Origin: an uncultured beta proteobacterium
GTDB lineage: Bacteria; Pseudomonadota; Gammaproteobacteria; Burkholderiales; Burkholderiaceae_C
DNA length: 48,541 nt
Assembly: GCA_903954045.1 (NCBI GenBank)
Contig: CAJBMJ010000292.1
Span: 1 to 48,541 of the forward strand
Reading direction: 5' to 3'
Shown here: in pieces, positions 22,503 through 34,355 of the stretch
Position numbering within the stretch: the first letter of the stretch is position 1
How the letters are laid out: each line of letters opens with the position of its first letter
Made by a program: the position numbers and the translations under genes
The notes under the pieces: generated by a model
Told to the model about the DNA's origin: nothing
Databases searched by the model: none
Seen by the model: only the letters and a program-made list of their open reading frames with translations

Positions 22503-23270
22503 TTAAGCCCCAACAGAACTTGCGTGAAGGCAAATGGCCGCGGCCGCAGCCACATTCAGCGACTCTTCGCCTCCCGGCTGGCCAATGCGCGCGAAGAAAT
22601 TCGCCTTGGCCATCAGCTCGGCGCATACGCCTTGCCCTTCGTGCCCCATAGCCCAGGCGCAGGGGTTGGGTAGTTTCAGGTTTTGGAGCAGTTCACCTTG
22701 ATGGGAACTGGTCACCACGACCGGCACCTTCAACGCGTCTAGCACTTCTGGCGACAAACCTTCTATCAAGGTCAGACCAAAGTGCGCACCCATTCCTGCG
22801 CGTAACACCTTGGGACTCCAAAGCGCCGCTGTTCCCTTGAGTGCGACAACTTGGCGAAACCCAAACGCGCCCGCACTGCGCAAAATGGAGCCCACATTTC
22901 CTGCATCCTGCACACGATCAAGAATAACCGTGGCAACGCCCGGCTGAATTGCTGCTTCGGTGGGCAAATCAATCAGAAATCCCACATGGCCGGGGGACTC
23001 CAAACCACTGATTTCACTGAAATAGACACTAGAAATCACTACATTTTTTATAGCTGCCCGCGCATACTCTACGGGCGCTACAGGCCAAAAAGCCTCTGAA
23101 TAAACGGCTACAGCCGGCAACAGACCTCGCTGCAAGGCGGCACTGCACAAATGCTCCCCCTCTACCCAGAATTGCCCCTCTTTCCGGTATGCGGTGTTTT
23201 CGCTACCAAGCCTTCGCAGGACTTTGAGTAGTGCGTTATCGCGCGAAGTCAGGAAGATCGGTTCAACCAT
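22503..23270 (-). CDS. TrmH/SpoU family RNA methyltransferase
   Basis: LDRVQDAGNVGSILRS, MGHEGQG and ESLNVAAA SPOUT motifs. Confidence 0.92.
   Translation of the reverse strand: MVEPIFLTSRDNALLKVLRRLGSENTAYRKEGQFWVEGEHLCSAALQRGLLPAVAVYSEAFWPVAPVEYARAAIKNVVISSVYFSEISGLESPGHVGFLIDLPTEAAIQPGVATVILDRVQDAGNVGSILRSAGAFGFRQVVALKGTAALWSPKVLRAGMGAHFGLTLIEGLSPEVLDALKVPVVVTSSHQGELLQNLKLPNPCAWAMGHEGQGVCAELMAKANFFARIGQPGGEESLNVAAAAAICLHASSVGA
23038..23086 (-). repeat. Intragenic ~49-bp repeat, copy 3 (inside the TrmH gene, encodes WPVAPVEYARAAIKNVV)
   Basis: Minus strand GGCCTGTAGCGCCCGTAGAGTATGCGCGGGCAGCTATAAAAAATGTAGT; 28/36 identity to copy 1 over the first 36 nt, no gaps. Confidence 0.75.
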
Positions 23271-23291
23271 GGTGGATACGGAGCCGAACAG

Positions 23292-23924
23292 TCAAGACAA
23301 CACCTGCGCCACCGGCGCAAAGGTTTTTCGATGCTGGGGGCAGGCGCCATGCTCCCTCAAGGCCGCCAGGTGCGCCGCCGTTCCATATCCTTTGTGCCCT
23401 GCGAAACCGTACTGCGGATAACGCGCATCGAGTTCAGCGCACCAACGATCGCGTGTCACTTTGGCCAAAATCGAGGCCGCGGAGATGGCCGGCACTGTGG
23501 CATCACCCTTGACGATAGCCTCTGCCAGAACGTCGAGAACAGGAAGACAGTTGCCATCTACCAGCACTTTGGCAGGCTTGAGCCGCAAACCCTCCACAGC
23601 CCTGCGCATGGCCAGCATGGTGGCCTGCAGAATGTTGATTTGGTCAATTTCTTCGACACTGGCCTGGGCCACCGAGCAACACAGGGCCTTGGCACGAATT
23701 TCGTCGTAAAGCCTGTCGCGGCGCAATGCGGTCAATTTCTTGGAGTCATTCAGCCCTTGAATCGGGTTGCGGTCGTCAAGAATGACAGCTGCTGCAACCA
23801 CAGGTCCCGCCAATGGCCCCCTGCCCGCCTCATCCACGCCGGCAACCAGGCCCAGGAACTCCCACTCGAAGGCAGCCTGCTGGGCAGACAGTAAATTAGG
23901 TTTGGAGGACTTTTTGGATCGCAT
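23292..23924 (-). CDS. rnhB: Ribonuclease HII
   Basis: [31 protein letters not shown]. Confidence 0.98.
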   Translation of the reverse strand: MRSKKSSKPNLLSAQQAAFEWEFLGLVAGVDEAGRGPLAGPVVAAAVILDDRNPIQGLNDSKKLTALRRDRLYDEIRAKALCCSVAQASVEEIDQINILQATMLAMRRAVEGLRLKPAKVLVDGNCLPVLDVLAEAIVKGDATVPAISAASILAKVTRDRWCAELDARYPQYGFAGHKGYGTAAHLAALREHGACPQHRKTFAPVAQVLS

Positions 23925-25065
23925 CGGCAGCTATTGTCGCGGTGTCTCGCTGCAACTCCCGGTGCAGGTTCTCAAATTTTTGCGTTAGTGCTTCTAGTTT
24001 CCCGGAGCCATTGGTTCGGGCATCCAGCCAATCCAGTGTTGAGTGGGCCAAAGCCTGCGCTGTGGCGGCATCCTGAATGAATTCGGGCACCACAAAGTCA
24101 GAACACAAAATGTTGGGTAGACCCACCCAGGGCTGCAACTGTTTGCCACGCATCAAACGCCAGGACAACCAGCCCATGTTGTAGGCAATGACCATAGGTC
24201 GCTTGAACAAGGCAGCCTCCAGCGTCGCTGTGCCACTGGCAATCAGGGTCACATCGCATGCGGCAAGTACGGTGTGCGACTGCCCCGCCACGATCTGTAT
24301 CAGGTGCTGCATTCCGCTTTGAATAGCCAATGCCTGCAGTCGCTCTTGCAAACCAGGCGCCGCTGGAACTATGAATTTAATAGCGGCATCTGCAGCATGC
24401 ATATGCGCTGCAGCCTGAAAGAACCGCATCGCCAGATGCTCCACTTCGCCTCGACGACTGCCCGGCAACAACGCTACTACGGTATCGCTTGCGGTCAGGC
24501 CCAATGCCATTCGCGCAGCACCTCGATCGGGCACCATGGGAATCAGGTTGGCTATAGGATGCCCCACGTAGGTGGCCGCGATGCCATGGCTGGCCAGCAA
24601 CTGGGGCTCAAATGGAAAAATGCAAAGCACATGGTCTACGCTTCGGCGTATCTTCTCTACACGCTCGGCGCGCCACGCCCAAATGGAGGGACAGACAAAA
24701 TGTACCGTCTTGATGCCTGCGGCCTTGAGATCAGCCTCCAGGTCCAGATTGAAATCAGGTGCATCCACACCCACAAAGACGTCTGGTCGCTGGTCCAGCA
24801 GTTTTGCACGCAACTGCTTACGAATGCCTACGATCTCGCGGTAGCGCCGCAGCAGTTCCCAACTGAAACCGTGGACAGACAATTTGTGATGCGGCCACCA
24901 TGCCAAGAACCCGTGCTGCGCCATCTGAGGCCCGCCGATACCATGCGAATCAAGATCCGGCCAGCGCTTTTTCATTCCACCCAAAAGCAGGCCTGCGAGC
25001 AGGTCACCCGACGTTTCGCCAGCGACCATGGCAATCCGCGGGGCCACGCTCACGTCTTGGGACAT
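23896..25065 (-). CDS. lpxB: Lipid-A-disaccharide synthase
   Basis: AGETSGD, DAPDFN, PSIWAWR, LLPGSR, SGTATLE. Confidence 0.97.
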   Translation of the reverse strand: MSQDVSVAPRIAMVAGETSGDLLAGLLLGGMKKRWPDLDSHGIGGPQMAQHGFLAWWPHHKLSVHGFSWELLRRYREIVGIRKQLRAKLLDQRPDVFVGVDAPDFNLDLEADLKAAGIKTVHFVCPSIWAWRAERVEKIRRSVDHVLCIFPFEPQLLASHGIAATYVGHPIANLIPMVPDRGAARMALGLTASDTVVALLPGSRRGEVEHLAMRFFQAAAHMHAADAAIKFIVPAAPGLQERLQALAIQSGMQHLIQIVAGQSHTVLAACDVTLIASGTATLEAALFKRPMVIAYNMGWLSWRLMRGKQLQPWVGLPNILCSDFVVPEFIQDAATAQALAHSTLDWLDARTNGSGKLEALTQKFENLHRELQRDTATIAADAIQKVLQT

Positions 25066-25071
25066 GGGAAG

Positions 25072-25866
25072 CTAACGAACAATTCCACGCTGTGCAGTGG
25101 TTTGCTCCAGAAATGAGAGCATCATGGTCACATCTGGCTCGGACTCCGGCTGCGTTTTAGCCAGTTCAGCAATACGCCCCTTGGCATGCTCTAGCGTCAA
25201 ACCTTCGCGGTAAAGCAGCTTGTGAATGGTCTTGACCCCTGAAATGCGCTCCGGCGTCCAGCCTCGGCGACGTAAACCTTCAAAGTTCATGGACCGCGCT
25301 GAAGCGGGTTGGCCCTGACACATCACAAAGGGCGGTAAATCAGCGACTAGCATCGAGCACAAGGCTGTCATGCAGTGAGCTCCGACGTGCACGAACTGAT
25401 GCACGACCGTGAAGCCCCCCAAAATGGCCCAATCGCCGATATGTACATGACCGGCCAACTGTGCGTTGTTGGCAAATATGGTGTGGTTGCCCACCTTGCA
25501 ATCGTGCGCAAGATGCACATAGGCCATGATCCAGTTGTCATTTCCGAGTTGAGTCACTCCACCATCGCCGGGCGAACCGATGTTGAAAGTACAAAATTCC
25601 CGTATGGTGTTGCGGTCTCCAATGACCAGCTCGCAAGGCTCGCCCGCATATTTTTTGTCCTGCGGAATAGCACCCAGGGAGTTGAACTGGAAAATTCGGT
25701 TGTCTCGGCCTATGGTGGTGTGGCCTTCAATGACGCAGTGGGGTCCCACTGTGGTACCGGCAGCAATACGCACATGCGGCCCGATGACGGTGTAGGGACC
25801 AACGGTCACCGAATCATCCAACTGCGCTGCCGGGTCGACAATGGCTGTAGGGTGGATAGCGCTCAC
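25072..25866 (-). CDS. lpxA: UDP-N-acetylglucosamine acyltransferase
   Basis: IHPTAIV, PQDKKY, HLAHDC, hexapeptide repeats. GTG 25866 chosen to avoid overlap with fabZ. Confidence 0.97.
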   Translation of the reverse strand: MSAIHPTAIVDPAAQLDDSVTVGPYTVIGPHVRIAAGTTVGPHCVIEGHTTIGRDNRIFQFNSLGAIPQDKKYAGEPCELVIGDRNTIREFCTFNIGSPGDGGVTQLGNDNWIMAYVHLAHDCKVGNHTIFANNAQLAGHVHIGDWAILGGFTVVHQFVHVGAHCMTALCSMLVADLPPFVMCQGQPASARSMNFEGLRRRGWTPERISGVKTIHKLLYREGLTLEHAKGRIAELAKTQPESEPDVTMMLSFLEQTTAQRGIVR

Positions 25867-25880
25867 AGTTCTGTGGCCTT

Positions 25881-26321
25881 TCAAGCAACCGTGCGCATGG
25901 TGCACATCAATTCGGCTTCGCAAACCACATTGCCATCAACCCGGGCGACACCCTTGAACTTGAAAATGCCTGACTTCACACGTTCAAGGGTCACATCCAT
26001 GATCAACTGGTCCCCTGGTTCAACCGGCCGCTTGAAGCGCGCTGAGTCGATACCGGCAAAGTAATACACAGTGTTCTCGTCCGGGCGCTTGCCCATGTTG
26101 TCGAATGCCAATAGCGCAGCGGCCTGAGCCATGGCCTCAAGCATCAGCACCCCGGGCATCACTGGACGGTTGGGGAAGTGGCCACCAAAAAATGGCTCGT
26201 TGATCGTCACGTTTTTGATTGCCTGAATGGACTTGCCTTTTTCGAACGCCAGTACCCTGTCCACCAAAATAAAGGGGTAGCGATGGGGCAAAAGTTTCAG
26301 AATTTCGTGGATATCCATCAT
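25881..26321 (-). CDS. fabZ: 3-hydroxyacyl-ACP dehydratase
   Basis: [33 protein letters not shown]. Confidence 0.98.
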   Translation of the reverse strand: MMDIHEILKLLPHRYPFILVDRVLAFEKGKSIQAIKNVTINEPFFGGHFPNRPVMPGVLMLEAMAQAAALLAFDNMGKRPDENTVYYFAGIDSARFKRPVEPGDQLIMDVTLERVKSGIFKFKGVARVDGNVVCEAELMCTMRTVA

Positions 26322-27295
26322 GGTTTGCTCTTTTCTTTTTCCAGAATCTTGATGCGTTCGCGCAGTTTATGAAGTTGCTTGAGAGTCGCCGCGTTACGTT
26401 CCCAGACCGCGTTTTCATCGATAGGGAACATCCCGGTGTAGTGTCCTGGCTTGGTAATGGTTCTGCTCACTACGCTGGCGGCGGAAACATGCACCCCTTC
26501 ACCCACCTTCAGGTGACCAAGAATGATGGCACCTCCGCCCACAGTGCAGTTGGGGCCAATGGTGGCACTGCCGGCTACGCCAGCGCACCCTGCCATGGCA
26601 GTGTTTCTTCCAATGTGCACGTTGTGCCCGATTTGAATGAGGTTGTCGAGTTTGACACCATCCTCTATCACGGTATCTTGCAAAGCTCCCCGGTCAATGC
26701 AGGTGTTGGCGCCTATTTCGACGTCGTTACCTATTCTGACTGCACCGAGTTGCTCAATTTTTTCCCAGCGCTCCCCATCGGGGGCAAAACCAAAACCGTC
26801 CGCCCCGACGACTACGCCAGAGTGCAAGATGCAGCGCTCACCCACCATGCAGCGCTCACCAATGGTAACCTGGGCTCGCAAAATGGTCTCGGCGCCAATG
26901 CGCGCGCCCCGCTCAACGACACACAGGGCTCCGACCGACGCAGAGGGGTGTACCCAAGCCGTAGGGTGAATAACCGCACTGGCATGTACACCAGTCTGCA
27001 CAGCATCTTCACCCAAACGCTTCCACAACTGCGTTAGCTTGGCAAAGTAAAGATAGGGGTTTTCAGTCGCAATATACGGACCGCGGAGCCTGGCCACTTC
27101 TCGCATTTCCATGCCCACAATGACACAGGCTGCCCGACAGGATTGCAATTGGGACTGGTATCTGGGGTTACTGAGAAAGCTGAGGTCACTTGGGCCAGCA
27201 GTCTCCAGCGTAGTGATACCGCCAATTTCGGTGCTGCCAGAACCCCACAACTCCCCACCCAATGTCTGGACTATCGCATCCAAGGAGAGTTTCAT
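26318..27295 (-). CDS. lpxD: UDP-3-O-(3-hydroxyacyl)glucosamine N-acyltransferase
   Basis: [29 protein letters not shown]. Confidence 0.97.
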   Translation of the reverse strand: MKLSLDAIVQTLGGELWGSGSTEIGGITTLETAGPSDLSFLSNPRYQSQLQSCRAACVIVGMEMREVARLRGPYIATENPYLYFAKLTQLWKRLGEDAVQTGVHASAVIHPTAWVHPSASVGALCVVERGARIGAETILRAQVTIGERCMVGERCILHSGVVVGADGFGFAPDGERWEKIEQLGAVRIGNDVEIGANTCIDRGALQDTVIEDGVKLDNLIQIGHNVHIGRNTAMAGCAGVAGSATIGPNCTVGGGAIILGHLKVGEGVHVSAASVVSRTITKPGHYTGMFPIDENAVWERNAATLKQLHKLRERIKILEKEKSKP

Positions 27296-27320
27296 ACCCG
27301 TTTCCTGACGAGACCGAAAC

Positions 27321-27830
27321 TTACTTGGAGCCAGCGTTCAGTATCTTCAGAACCTTGTCTGTTATGTCAATCTTGGGGTTGATGTACACCGCTTCTTGAA
27401 CGACCAGATCGTATTTTTCTGTATCGGCCAACTGTTTGATCGCTTTGGTAGCCTTGTCAAGAACCTGTTGCAACTCTTCGTTACGTCGACCGTTCAGGTC
27501 TTCCTGAAATTCTCGCTGCCTGCGCTGGAAGTCGCGGTTGAGATCAGCAAACTCTTTTTGACGGGAAGTACGCTGACTTTCGGTCAGTGTGGGGGCATCC
27601 CGATCAAATTTTTCACCAAAAGACTTGAGAGAGGCTTGCGAATCCGTCAAGTCTTTTTGACGTTTGGAAAACTCCTGCTCCAGTTTGGTTTGCGCTGCCT
27701 TGGCGGGACTGGACTCGGAAGTAATGCGCTGCGTGTTCACATAACCAATTTTTGAATCCTGCGCAACAGCGCCCAGTGAACATGCTGCTAGCAGCACGGC
27801 TACGGTCAAACGTGTATTCAAGGTCTTCAT
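27321..27830 (-). CDS. skp: OmpH/Skp periplasmic chaperone
   Basis: Signal peptide, KIGYVN, coiled coil, DITDKVL; between bamA and lpxD. Confidence 0.93.
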   Translation of the reverse strand: MKTLNTRLTVAVLLAACSLGAVAQDSKIGYVNTQRITSESSPAKAAQTKLEQEFSKRQKDLTDSQASLKSFGEKFDRDAPTLTESQRTSRQKEFADLNRDFQRRQREFQEDLNGRRNEELQQVLDKATKAIKQLADTEKYDLVVQEAVYINPKIDITDKVLKILNAGSK

Positions 27831-30127
27831 TAGAAAGTGGTTCCGATTTGAAATTGCATGCTCTGAATTTTATCGCTATCGAATTTACTGAGTGGTCGGG
27901 CAAAAGCAAGCCGCAGAGGCCCGACCGGAGAAATCCAACTGATACCTATGCCAATAGAGGACCGGAAATCACCTACCCGAATGCTTTCATTCGCATCAAA
28001 AATGCCACCTGTGTCCAGAAATCCGTACATGCGCAGTGTCCGGTCATTGCCGCCACCAGGCAAAGGAGACAGCAACTCCATATTCAGGTTGATCTTTTTG
28101 GCGCCGCCCGTAGTCACAACTCCGGTATCCCTTTGGGAGCCTGTAGTCAAACTTCCTTGTTCAAATCCACGGATAGAACCCAAGCCACCCGAGTAGTAGT
28201 TCTTGAAAATGGGGAACGCCTGATTGGAGGTGCCAGCACCGAGTGAAAGGTCCCCGTTAATGGCAAAAGTCACCTTCTTCGAAACAGGAAAGAACTGCTG
28301 ATACTGCCCCGTGCCACGTACGTAGCGCATGTCTCCCGCCACACTCCACTCCGCATTAGCCCGCATAACCTTGCCGGTACTTGGAACCAAGGCACTGTCG
28401 CGAGTGTCACGCGACCAGCCCACAGTCAGGGGAACAGCGTTGTTACTGTAGCCGAACTGTTTTGCAAAATCATCGTACGCCGTGGGCAGCAAATTACCCG
28501 GAACGATGGTTGTTCGGTCCACTCCAATACCGAAAAACACAGTGTCGGTGTCTGTGAAAGGCACACCAAATCGCACACTGCCGCCAGCTGTTTCCAGGGC
28601 GTAGCTGTTGACATCAACATAGGGGCGCGTTACTTTTTGGTAGACATCAATGGTTCTGGAGACGCCATCTTCAGTGAAATAGGGGTTCGTGGTATTAATC
28701 ACCACCGCCCGGTTGAACTTACTTGTATTGAGTTCCAGACCCAATGAACTGCCGGAGCCAAAGGCGTTCTCCTGCTTGAATCCGAAAGACACACCAAAAC
28801 CATCGGCACTGGACACACCGGCTCCGAGGCTCAGACTTCCCGTCGGCTTCTCTGAGACCGTGACCATCAAATCCACCTGGTCCGGAGATCCCGGTACCTC
28901 TTGCGTCTCAAGGTTCACTTCCTTGAAGAAACCCAAACGATCGACACGATTTCTGGACTGTCGAATCTTCTCGCCGTCGTACCAAGAGGCTTCCATTTGC
29001 CTGAACTCACGGCGAATCACTTCGTCGCGTGTGCGATCATTTCCCGCGACATTGATGCGGCGGACATAGGCCCGACGGGAGGGCTCGGATGCCAGGGTAA
29101 TTTCTACCTGATTGGTGGCACGGTCGATTTCTGTTCGCGCCTCAGCCCGCGCAAAGGCAAAGCCGAAATTACTGAAGTAATCCGTAAATGCCTTGGTTGT
29201 TTGAGTTACCTGATCCACGTTGTAGGGCTCACCGGGACGAATGGCAATAAGGGACTGGAATTCAGCATCCTTACCAAGGTAATTGCCAGCCAATTTGACC
29301 TTCGAGACAACAAAACGCTCCCCCTCAGTCACATTGATAGTGATGCCCATGCTCTGCTTGTCGGCAGAGATAGCTACCTGGGTAGAGTCCACCTTGAACT
29401 CCAGAAAACCGCGCGTTAAATAGTAGGACCGCAGTGTTTCAATATCTGCATTCAGTTTGGTACGCGAATAACGGTCCGACTTGGTGTACCAACTCAGCCA
29501 TCCTCCAGTGTCCTGGTCGAACAATCCCAACAAAGTGGCCTCTGGGAACGACTTATTGCCCACAAGGCGGATTTCCTTGATGCGTGCAGTGTCACCCTCG
29601 ACCACAGCAAAACTCAAATTGACGCGATTGCGTTCAATGGGTGTCACGGTCGTGATCACTTCAGTGGCGTACATGCTACGGCTGATGTACTGGCGTTTGA
29701 GTTCTTGCTCGGCACGATCAAGCAATGCCTTGTCATAGGGTCTGCCGTCGGCCAAACCGATGTCACGCAAAGCCTTTTTCAGAACTTCCTTGTCAAACTC
29801 CTTGGTGCCGGAAAACTCCACATCGGCAACCGTGGGGCGCTCTTCCACGATCACAACCAAAACACCGTCTTTGGCTTCAATGCGGACATCCTTGAACAAG
29901 CCCAGACCGAATAGGGCTCGAATAGATGCAGCGGCTTTGTCATCCCCATAGGTATCACCAACTTTTACCGGCATAGAGGCAAATACGGTCCCTGGCTCCA
30001 CCCGCTGCAAACCCTCAACGCGGATATCACGCACCAAAAACGGATCCAGAGCCAAAGCAGCCTGGGTACAAAAACCGACTGCAAAAACAGCCAGCAGACG
30101 AGGTAAAGAACTAAATGTGATGTGCAT
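27830..30127 (-). CDS. bamA: Outer membrane protein assembly factor BamA
   Basis: DIRVEGLQRV, POTRA repeats, IRGF motif, C-terminal FQIGTTF. Confidence 0.98.
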   Translation of the reverse strand: MHITFSSLPRLLAVFAVGFCTQAALALDPFLVRDIRVEGLQRVEPGTVFASMPVKVGDTYGDDKAAASIRALFGLGLFKDVRIEAKDGVLVVIVEERPTVADVEFSGTKEFDKEVLKKALRDIGLADGRPYDKALLDRAEQELKRQYISRSMYATEVITTVTPIERNRVNLSFAVVEGDTARIKEIRLVGNKSFPEATLLGLFDQDTGGWLSWYTKSDRYSRTKLNADIETLRSYYLTRGFLEFKVDSTQVAISADKQSMGITINVTEGERFVVSKVKLAGNYLGKDAEFQSLIAIRPGEPYNVDQVTQTTKAFTDYFSNFGFAFARAEARTEIDRATNQVEITLASEPSRRAYVRRINVAGNDRTRDEVIRREFRQMEASWYDGEKIRQSRNRVDRLGFFKEVNLETQEVPGSPDQVDLMVTVSEKPTGSLSLGAGVSSADGFGVSFGFKQENAFGSGSSLGLELNTSKFNRAVVINTTNPYFTEDGVSRTIDVYQKVTRPYVDVNSYALETAGGSVRFGVPFTDTDTVFFGIGVDRTTIVPGNLLPTAYDDFAKQFGYSNNAVPLTVGWSRDTRDSALVPSTGKVMRANAEWSVAGDMRYVRGTGQYQQFFPVSKKVTFAINGDLSLGAGTSNQAFPIFKNYYSGGLGSIRGFEQGSLTTGSQRDTGVVTTGGAKKINLNMELLSPLPGGGNDRTLRMYGFLDTGGIFDANESIRVGDFRSSIGIGISWISPVGPLRLAFARPLSKFDSDKIQSMQFQIGTTF

Positions 30128-30167
30128 GATTTACCAAAGAAACGGCTCGAAGCCCGAACTACGAATG

Positions 30168-31526
30168 TCAACCAATTAGTCGTGCAATGTCGTTGTACAC
30201 GGCTATCGACATCATCAATACCAATGCCGCCACACCGACACGCTGCAACCTGTCCATCCAACTCTCGGTTACCGGCTTGCCTGTCAACGACTCCCAAAGA
30301 TAATACATCAGGTGCCCTCCGTCGAGTACCGGCAGCGGAAGCAGGTTTAGAACGCCTAGACTGATGCTGATCAATGCCAGGAACATGGCGAATTGAATGA
30401 CACCCATGGCCGCCGATTTACCAGCATAGTCCGCAATGGTGATGGGGCCACTCAGGTTTTTCAGAGAAGCCTCTCCGATCAGAATCTGACCCATCATTTT
30501 CAGGGACAAAACCGAAACTTCCCAGGTGCGCTGCAGGGACTTGGATACACCCTCGAAAAGGCCATATCGAACGGTCACCATTTCCGGAGGAGCACCTACA
30601 ACGGCTCCAATTCTTCCCAAATATTGACCTGCCTCTTGAACCAATTTGGGAGTAACAGCGATGCGTGTTGACACACCTTGGCGTTCAACCACCCATTGCT
30701 GGGTTTTTACCTGACCCTCTCGGCCAGAAACGCGAATGAGGCTGCGCAATTGTCCCGCTTCGGTGATAGTTTTCTGGTCCACACTCAGCACCAGATCCCC
30801 CGACTTCAAACCAGCCATTTGCGCTGCGCTGTTTGGGGCAATATCACCCAGCAAGGGCGCACTGAAAGGACCCAAAATGCCAATGGTTTGAAACAGGTTA
30901 CTGTCGGTATATTGGGTGTCTACCTGACTTAAGCGCAACAGAACAGATTGGGTTGCGGAGCCTTCCTTTGTGAAGCGCACCTCTAAATCGCGCTTGGCCA
31001 AAGCCGTACGCGTCAGCCACCAACGAAAATCTTCAAAAGACACGATGTCTACGGGATCTTCACCGGGAACGGCGACAGACAGCACCTTTTCACCACCCCG
31101 CAGGTCAGCGCGCTGCGCTATGGAGCCCGCCACTGGTTGCCCCAGTACGGCTGATGGCTGCTCAACGCCGTACCAATTGAGACAGGCATATATGCAGATG
31201 GCAAACAGGAGATTGGCTGCCGGACCCGCTGCAACAATGGCAGAACGCTGAGCAACTGATTTGTTGTTGAACGCTAAAGGGCGCAATGACGAACTCACGG
31301 CACCTTCCCGCTCATCCAGCATTTTGACGTAGCCGCCAAACGGCAGCACACCAACCACATACTCTGTTCCCGAGTCCCGTGATGTCCAGCCAAAAAGTCG
31401 TGGCCCAAAACCCACCGAAAAACGCAATACGCGCACTCCGCAGGCCCTGGCTATGGCGAAATGCCCCCACTCGTGCACGGCGACAAGCAAGCCTATTGCG
31501 AAAATGAAGGCTGCAACCGTTAGCAT
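30168..31526 (-). CDS. rseP: RIP metalloprotease RseP
   Basis: HEWGH, two PDZ domains, NLLPLPVLDGG. Confidence 0.96.
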   Translation of the reverse strand: MLTVAAFIFAIGLLVAVHEWGHFAIARACGVRVLRFSVGFGPRLFGWTSRDSGTEYVVGVLPFGGYVKMLDEREGAVSSSLRPLAFNNKSVAQRSAIVAAGPAANLLFAICIYACLNWYGVEQPSAVLGQPVAGSIAQRADLRGGEKVLSVAVPGEDPVDIVSFEDFRWWLTRTALAKRDLEVRFTKEGSATQSVLLRLSQVDTQYTDSNLFQTIGILGPFSAPLLGDIAPNSAAQMAGLKSGDLVLSVDQKTITEAGQLRSLIRVSGREGQVKTQQWVVERQGVSTRIAVTPKLVQEAGQYLGRIGAVVGAPPEMVTVRYGLFEGVSKSLQRTWEVSVLSLKMMGQILIGEASLKNLSGPITIADYAGKSAAMGVIQFAMFLALISISLGVLNLLPLPVLDGGHLMYYLWESLTGKPVTESWMDRLQRVGVAALVLMMSIAVYNDIARLIG

Positions 31527-31548
31527 GAAGTGATGAGTCTGAAGAAGT

Positions 31549-32748
31549 TCAAAGAGAAAGTCGCGTCACTTCTGATTCGGCAAATTGCCTGGCCTGAGAG
31601 TCCAGAGACAGCAAATCCTCAAGCCCAAGAAGTTTGCCAGGCAAAACCCGCGCAAGTGTCTCTAAATTGATGGAGTGAATTTGATCGTATCGAACACGGC
31701 CGTTCAGAAAAGCTTCAACCGCAACTTCATTGGCAGCATTCAATACAACTGGACTACCTTCCACAGCCCTGAGTACATCCCATGCAAGGGAAATGCCGGG
31801 ATAGCGCTCCTTGTGGCCCGCGGCTTCAAAAGTCTCGAAGGTGAGCGACGTCATAGTTGAAAAATCCAGTGCAGCGGCACCGGAGTGAACCCTTTGTGGC
31901 CACGAAAGCCCATAGGCAATTGGTCCTCGCATGTCCGGCGTACCCAACTGCGCAACTACAGAATGGTCCACAAATTGAACCATGGAATGAATAACACTTT
32001 GGGGATGTATGAGCACTTCAATCTTCTCAGGCGGGAAACCAAAAAGAAAGCGTGCTTCAATGACCTCCAGCGCCTTATTCATCATCGTGGCTGAGTCAAC
32101 AGATATTTTTCTGCCCATGACCCAGTTGGGGTGAGCGCAAGCCTGCTGCGGTGTCACGTCCTTTAGTGTCTTTGGAGCCCTGGTCCGGAAAGGGCCGCCA
32201 GAAGCAGTCAAAATGATCTTATCTACACTCTCATCCCAGGTTCTGGCATCTTCAGGCAGAGACTGAAAAATAGCCGAGTGTTCGCTATCGATCGGCAGCA
32301 AGGTCGCACCACCTTTAGCCACCGCGTTCATAAAAATTTGGCCTCCAACGACCAGAGCCTCTTTGTTTGCCAAGAGCAGTCGTTTGCCCGAGTTGGCTGC
32401 TGCCAAGCAAGGCGCCAGTCCAGCTGCACCGACAATGGCCGCCATCACGGTATCAGCCTCTTCGTGGCCAGCAACCATGACCAGTGCCTCTGGGCCCCAC
32501 AGTACTTGGGTTGGCAGACCTGCAGCTGCACATTGATCACGCAGGCGCCGCCCGTGCTCTTCGTTTGCCATCACGGCATAAACCGGCCGGTGCTTGACAC
32601 ACTGGGCAAATATCGACTCCACGCGAGTAGACGCAGTAAGTGCAAACGCCTGGTAGCGATCGGGGTGCTTTTCCATGACATCCAGCGTGTTCACACCGAT
32701 GGATCCGGTGGAACCCAGTACAACGACCCGCTGGAGATTGCCTGTCAT
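31549..32748 (-). CDS. dxr: 1-deoxy-D-xylulose-5-phosphate reductoisomerase
   Basis: LGSTGSIG, LANKE, LPIDSEHSAIFQ, HPNWVMGRKISVDSA. Confidence 0.98.
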   Translation of the reverse strand: MTGNLQRVVVLGSTGSIGVNTLDVMEKHPDRYQAFALTASTRVESIFAQCVKHRPVYAVMANEEHGRRLRDQCAAAGLPTQVLWGPEALVMVAGHEEADTVMAAIVGAAGLAPCLAAANSGKRLLLANKEALVVGGQIFMNAVAKGGATLLPIDSEHSAIFQSLPEDARTWDESVDKIILTASGGPFRTRAPKTLKDVTPQQACAHPNWVMGRKISVDSATMMNKALEVIEARFLFGFPPEKIEVLIHPQSVIHSMVQFVDHSVVAQLGTPDMRGPIAYGLSWPQRVHSGAAALDFSTMTSLTFETFEAAGHKERYPGISLAWDVLRAVEGSPVVLNAANEVAVEAFLNGRVRYDQIHSINLETLARVLPGKLLGLEDLLSLDSQARQFAESEVTRLSL

Positions 32749-33590
32749 ATGGATGTCAACATCATGGCCAAAGGCAGGACCGGGAGCAACGCATCGACGC
32801 GGTCTAGAACCCCGCCATGCCCTGGCAGCAATCCACTGCTGTCCTTCACTCCTGCGCTACGTTTGAACAACGACTCCGCCAGGTCACCCACAACACTCAT
32901 GGCAGTCAAAAACACAACGGCAACCAGAAACACAACCCCGCCCTTTGAAAGCAATCGGCTGTATAGGCTCAAGGAGTCGACCGCGAAAGTACGATCTGCC
33001 CAGCACCACAAGAGTGCGATCAAAACAACGCCCAATAGACCACCCAAAGCACCCTCCCAGGTTTTTCCGGGACTGATGGTTGGCGCCAACTTTCGCTTGA
33101 ATAAGCGGCTTCCAAATGCACGTCCAAAGAAGTAGGCAAAAACGTCTGCGGCCCACACCAGAAACAACACCGAGAACAAGAAATTGATGCCCATTTTGCG
33201 AGCTTGCACCACAGCCAGCCATGCGGCCCAAAGGGCAATTAGTCCACCCGACAACCGTATGCTCCGATGCAATTGGTTCCAAGCGGGGACGCCTTTGCTC
33301 AAAAGCCATACCGACATCAGAACCCACGCAGCACCCAATGTGGTCCACATCACTACAAACTGATCGTCAACCCTTCCAGCTGCCCATGTCAAGTAACAAG
33401 CCACTGCGCAAAAAACACCTATCCAGCGGGCCGGCGTCTCACCTATCTGGTTTAGTCGAGCCCATTCCCATGCACCGGCCGAAATAAGTACCAGTGTCAC
33501 CAGAATAAATGCAACAGGATCACGATAAAAAACCGCTGGCACCAAAATCGCCAACATCAGCAAAGCGGTAATGATTCGCTGCCTTAACAT
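32745..33590 (-). CDS. cdsA: Phosphatidate cytidylyltransferase
   Basis: ISPGKTWEG, GDLAESLFKR, PGHGGVLDRVD. Confidence 0.97.
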   Translation of the reverse strand: MLRQRIITALLMLAILVPAVFYRDPVAFILVTLVLISAGAWEWARLNQIGETPARWIGVFCAVACYLTWAAGRVDDQFVVMWTTLGAAWVLMSVWLLSKGVPAWNQLHRSIRLSGGLIALWAAWLAVVQARKMGINFLFSVLFLVWAADVFAYFFGRAFGSRLFKRKLAPTISPGKTWEGALGGLLGVVLIALLWCWADRTFAVDSLSLYSRLLSKGGVVFLVAVVFLTAMSVVGDLAESLFKRSAGVKDSSGLLPGHGGVLDRVDALLPVLPLAMMLTSI

Positions 33591-33602
33591 CTTGGCTTCA
33601 AG

Positions 33603-34328
33603 CTAAAGCACACTGGCTTTTCCTGACTCAACCTGGGCAGAGGTCAAGCCAAATCGACGCTCACGCGAAGCGAAATCTTCCATGGCATTGTCCAGCGCTT
33701 CTTCATCAAAATCAGGCCACAGCCTGTCACTGAAATGAAGCTCTGCGTAGGCCGCTTGCCAGAGGAGAAAATTACTCAATCGGCGTTCCCCTCCAGTGCG
33801 AATGATCAGATCGGGGTCGCCACAGTGCGATGTGACCAAAGCAGACGATACATTGGCTTCGGTAACCGGAAGACCAGAGGCTATCACTCGCGATACAGCA
33901 TTGCAAATGTCCCAACGTCCGCCATAGCTAAAGCACACATTGAGAAGCAATCTATCATTGCCTGCGGTAACTGCCTCAGCATCGTCAAAACCTTTCTTCA
34001 CTCTCTCAGAAAGGCCCTCTCGAGCGCCAACAAACCGCAAACGGACACCATCCTTCGATAACTGAGGAACTTCCTTGGATAAGGCCAAGGCCAACAGTTC
34101 CATCAGGCCAGAAACCTCCTCTACCGGACGGTTCCAGTTTTCTGATGAAAAAGCAAATACTGTGAGTACTGCCACGCCCCGGTCTGCGGCCGCTTTGACC
34201 AGGCGCTTAAGACTTTCGACGCCTTGTCGGTGACCAGCTATCCTTGGCAAAAACCGCTTCGATGCCCAGCGGCCATTACCATCCATGACAACTGCAATAT
34301 GCCGGGGGATTTCTGAATGAGGAGACAT
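33603..34328 (-). CDS. uppS: Undecaprenyl (polyprenyl) diphosphate synthase
   Basis: HIAVVMDGNGRWA, FSSENW, RTGGERRLSNFLLWQ. Confidence 0.98.
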   Translation of the reverse strand: MSPHSEIPRHIAVVMDGNGRWASKRFLPRIAGHRQGVESLKRLVKAAADRGVAVLTVFAFSSENWNRPVEEVSGLMELLALALSKEVPQLSKDGVRLRFVGAREGLSERVKKGFDDAEAVTAGNDRLLLNVCFSYGGRWDICNAVSRVIASGLPVTEANVSSALVTSHCGDPDLIIRTGGERRLSNFLLWQAAYAELHFSDRLWPDFDEEALDNAMEDFASRERRFGLTSAQVESGKASVL

Positions 34329-34355
34329 GGCCAGTAGCGTTGATCAGAAGTCTGA

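Noticed and set aside
27355-27375. TTATGTCAAT resembling a XerD arm of dif
   Set aside because: It lies in conserved skp codons (IDITD) and has no XerC arm at the right spacing.
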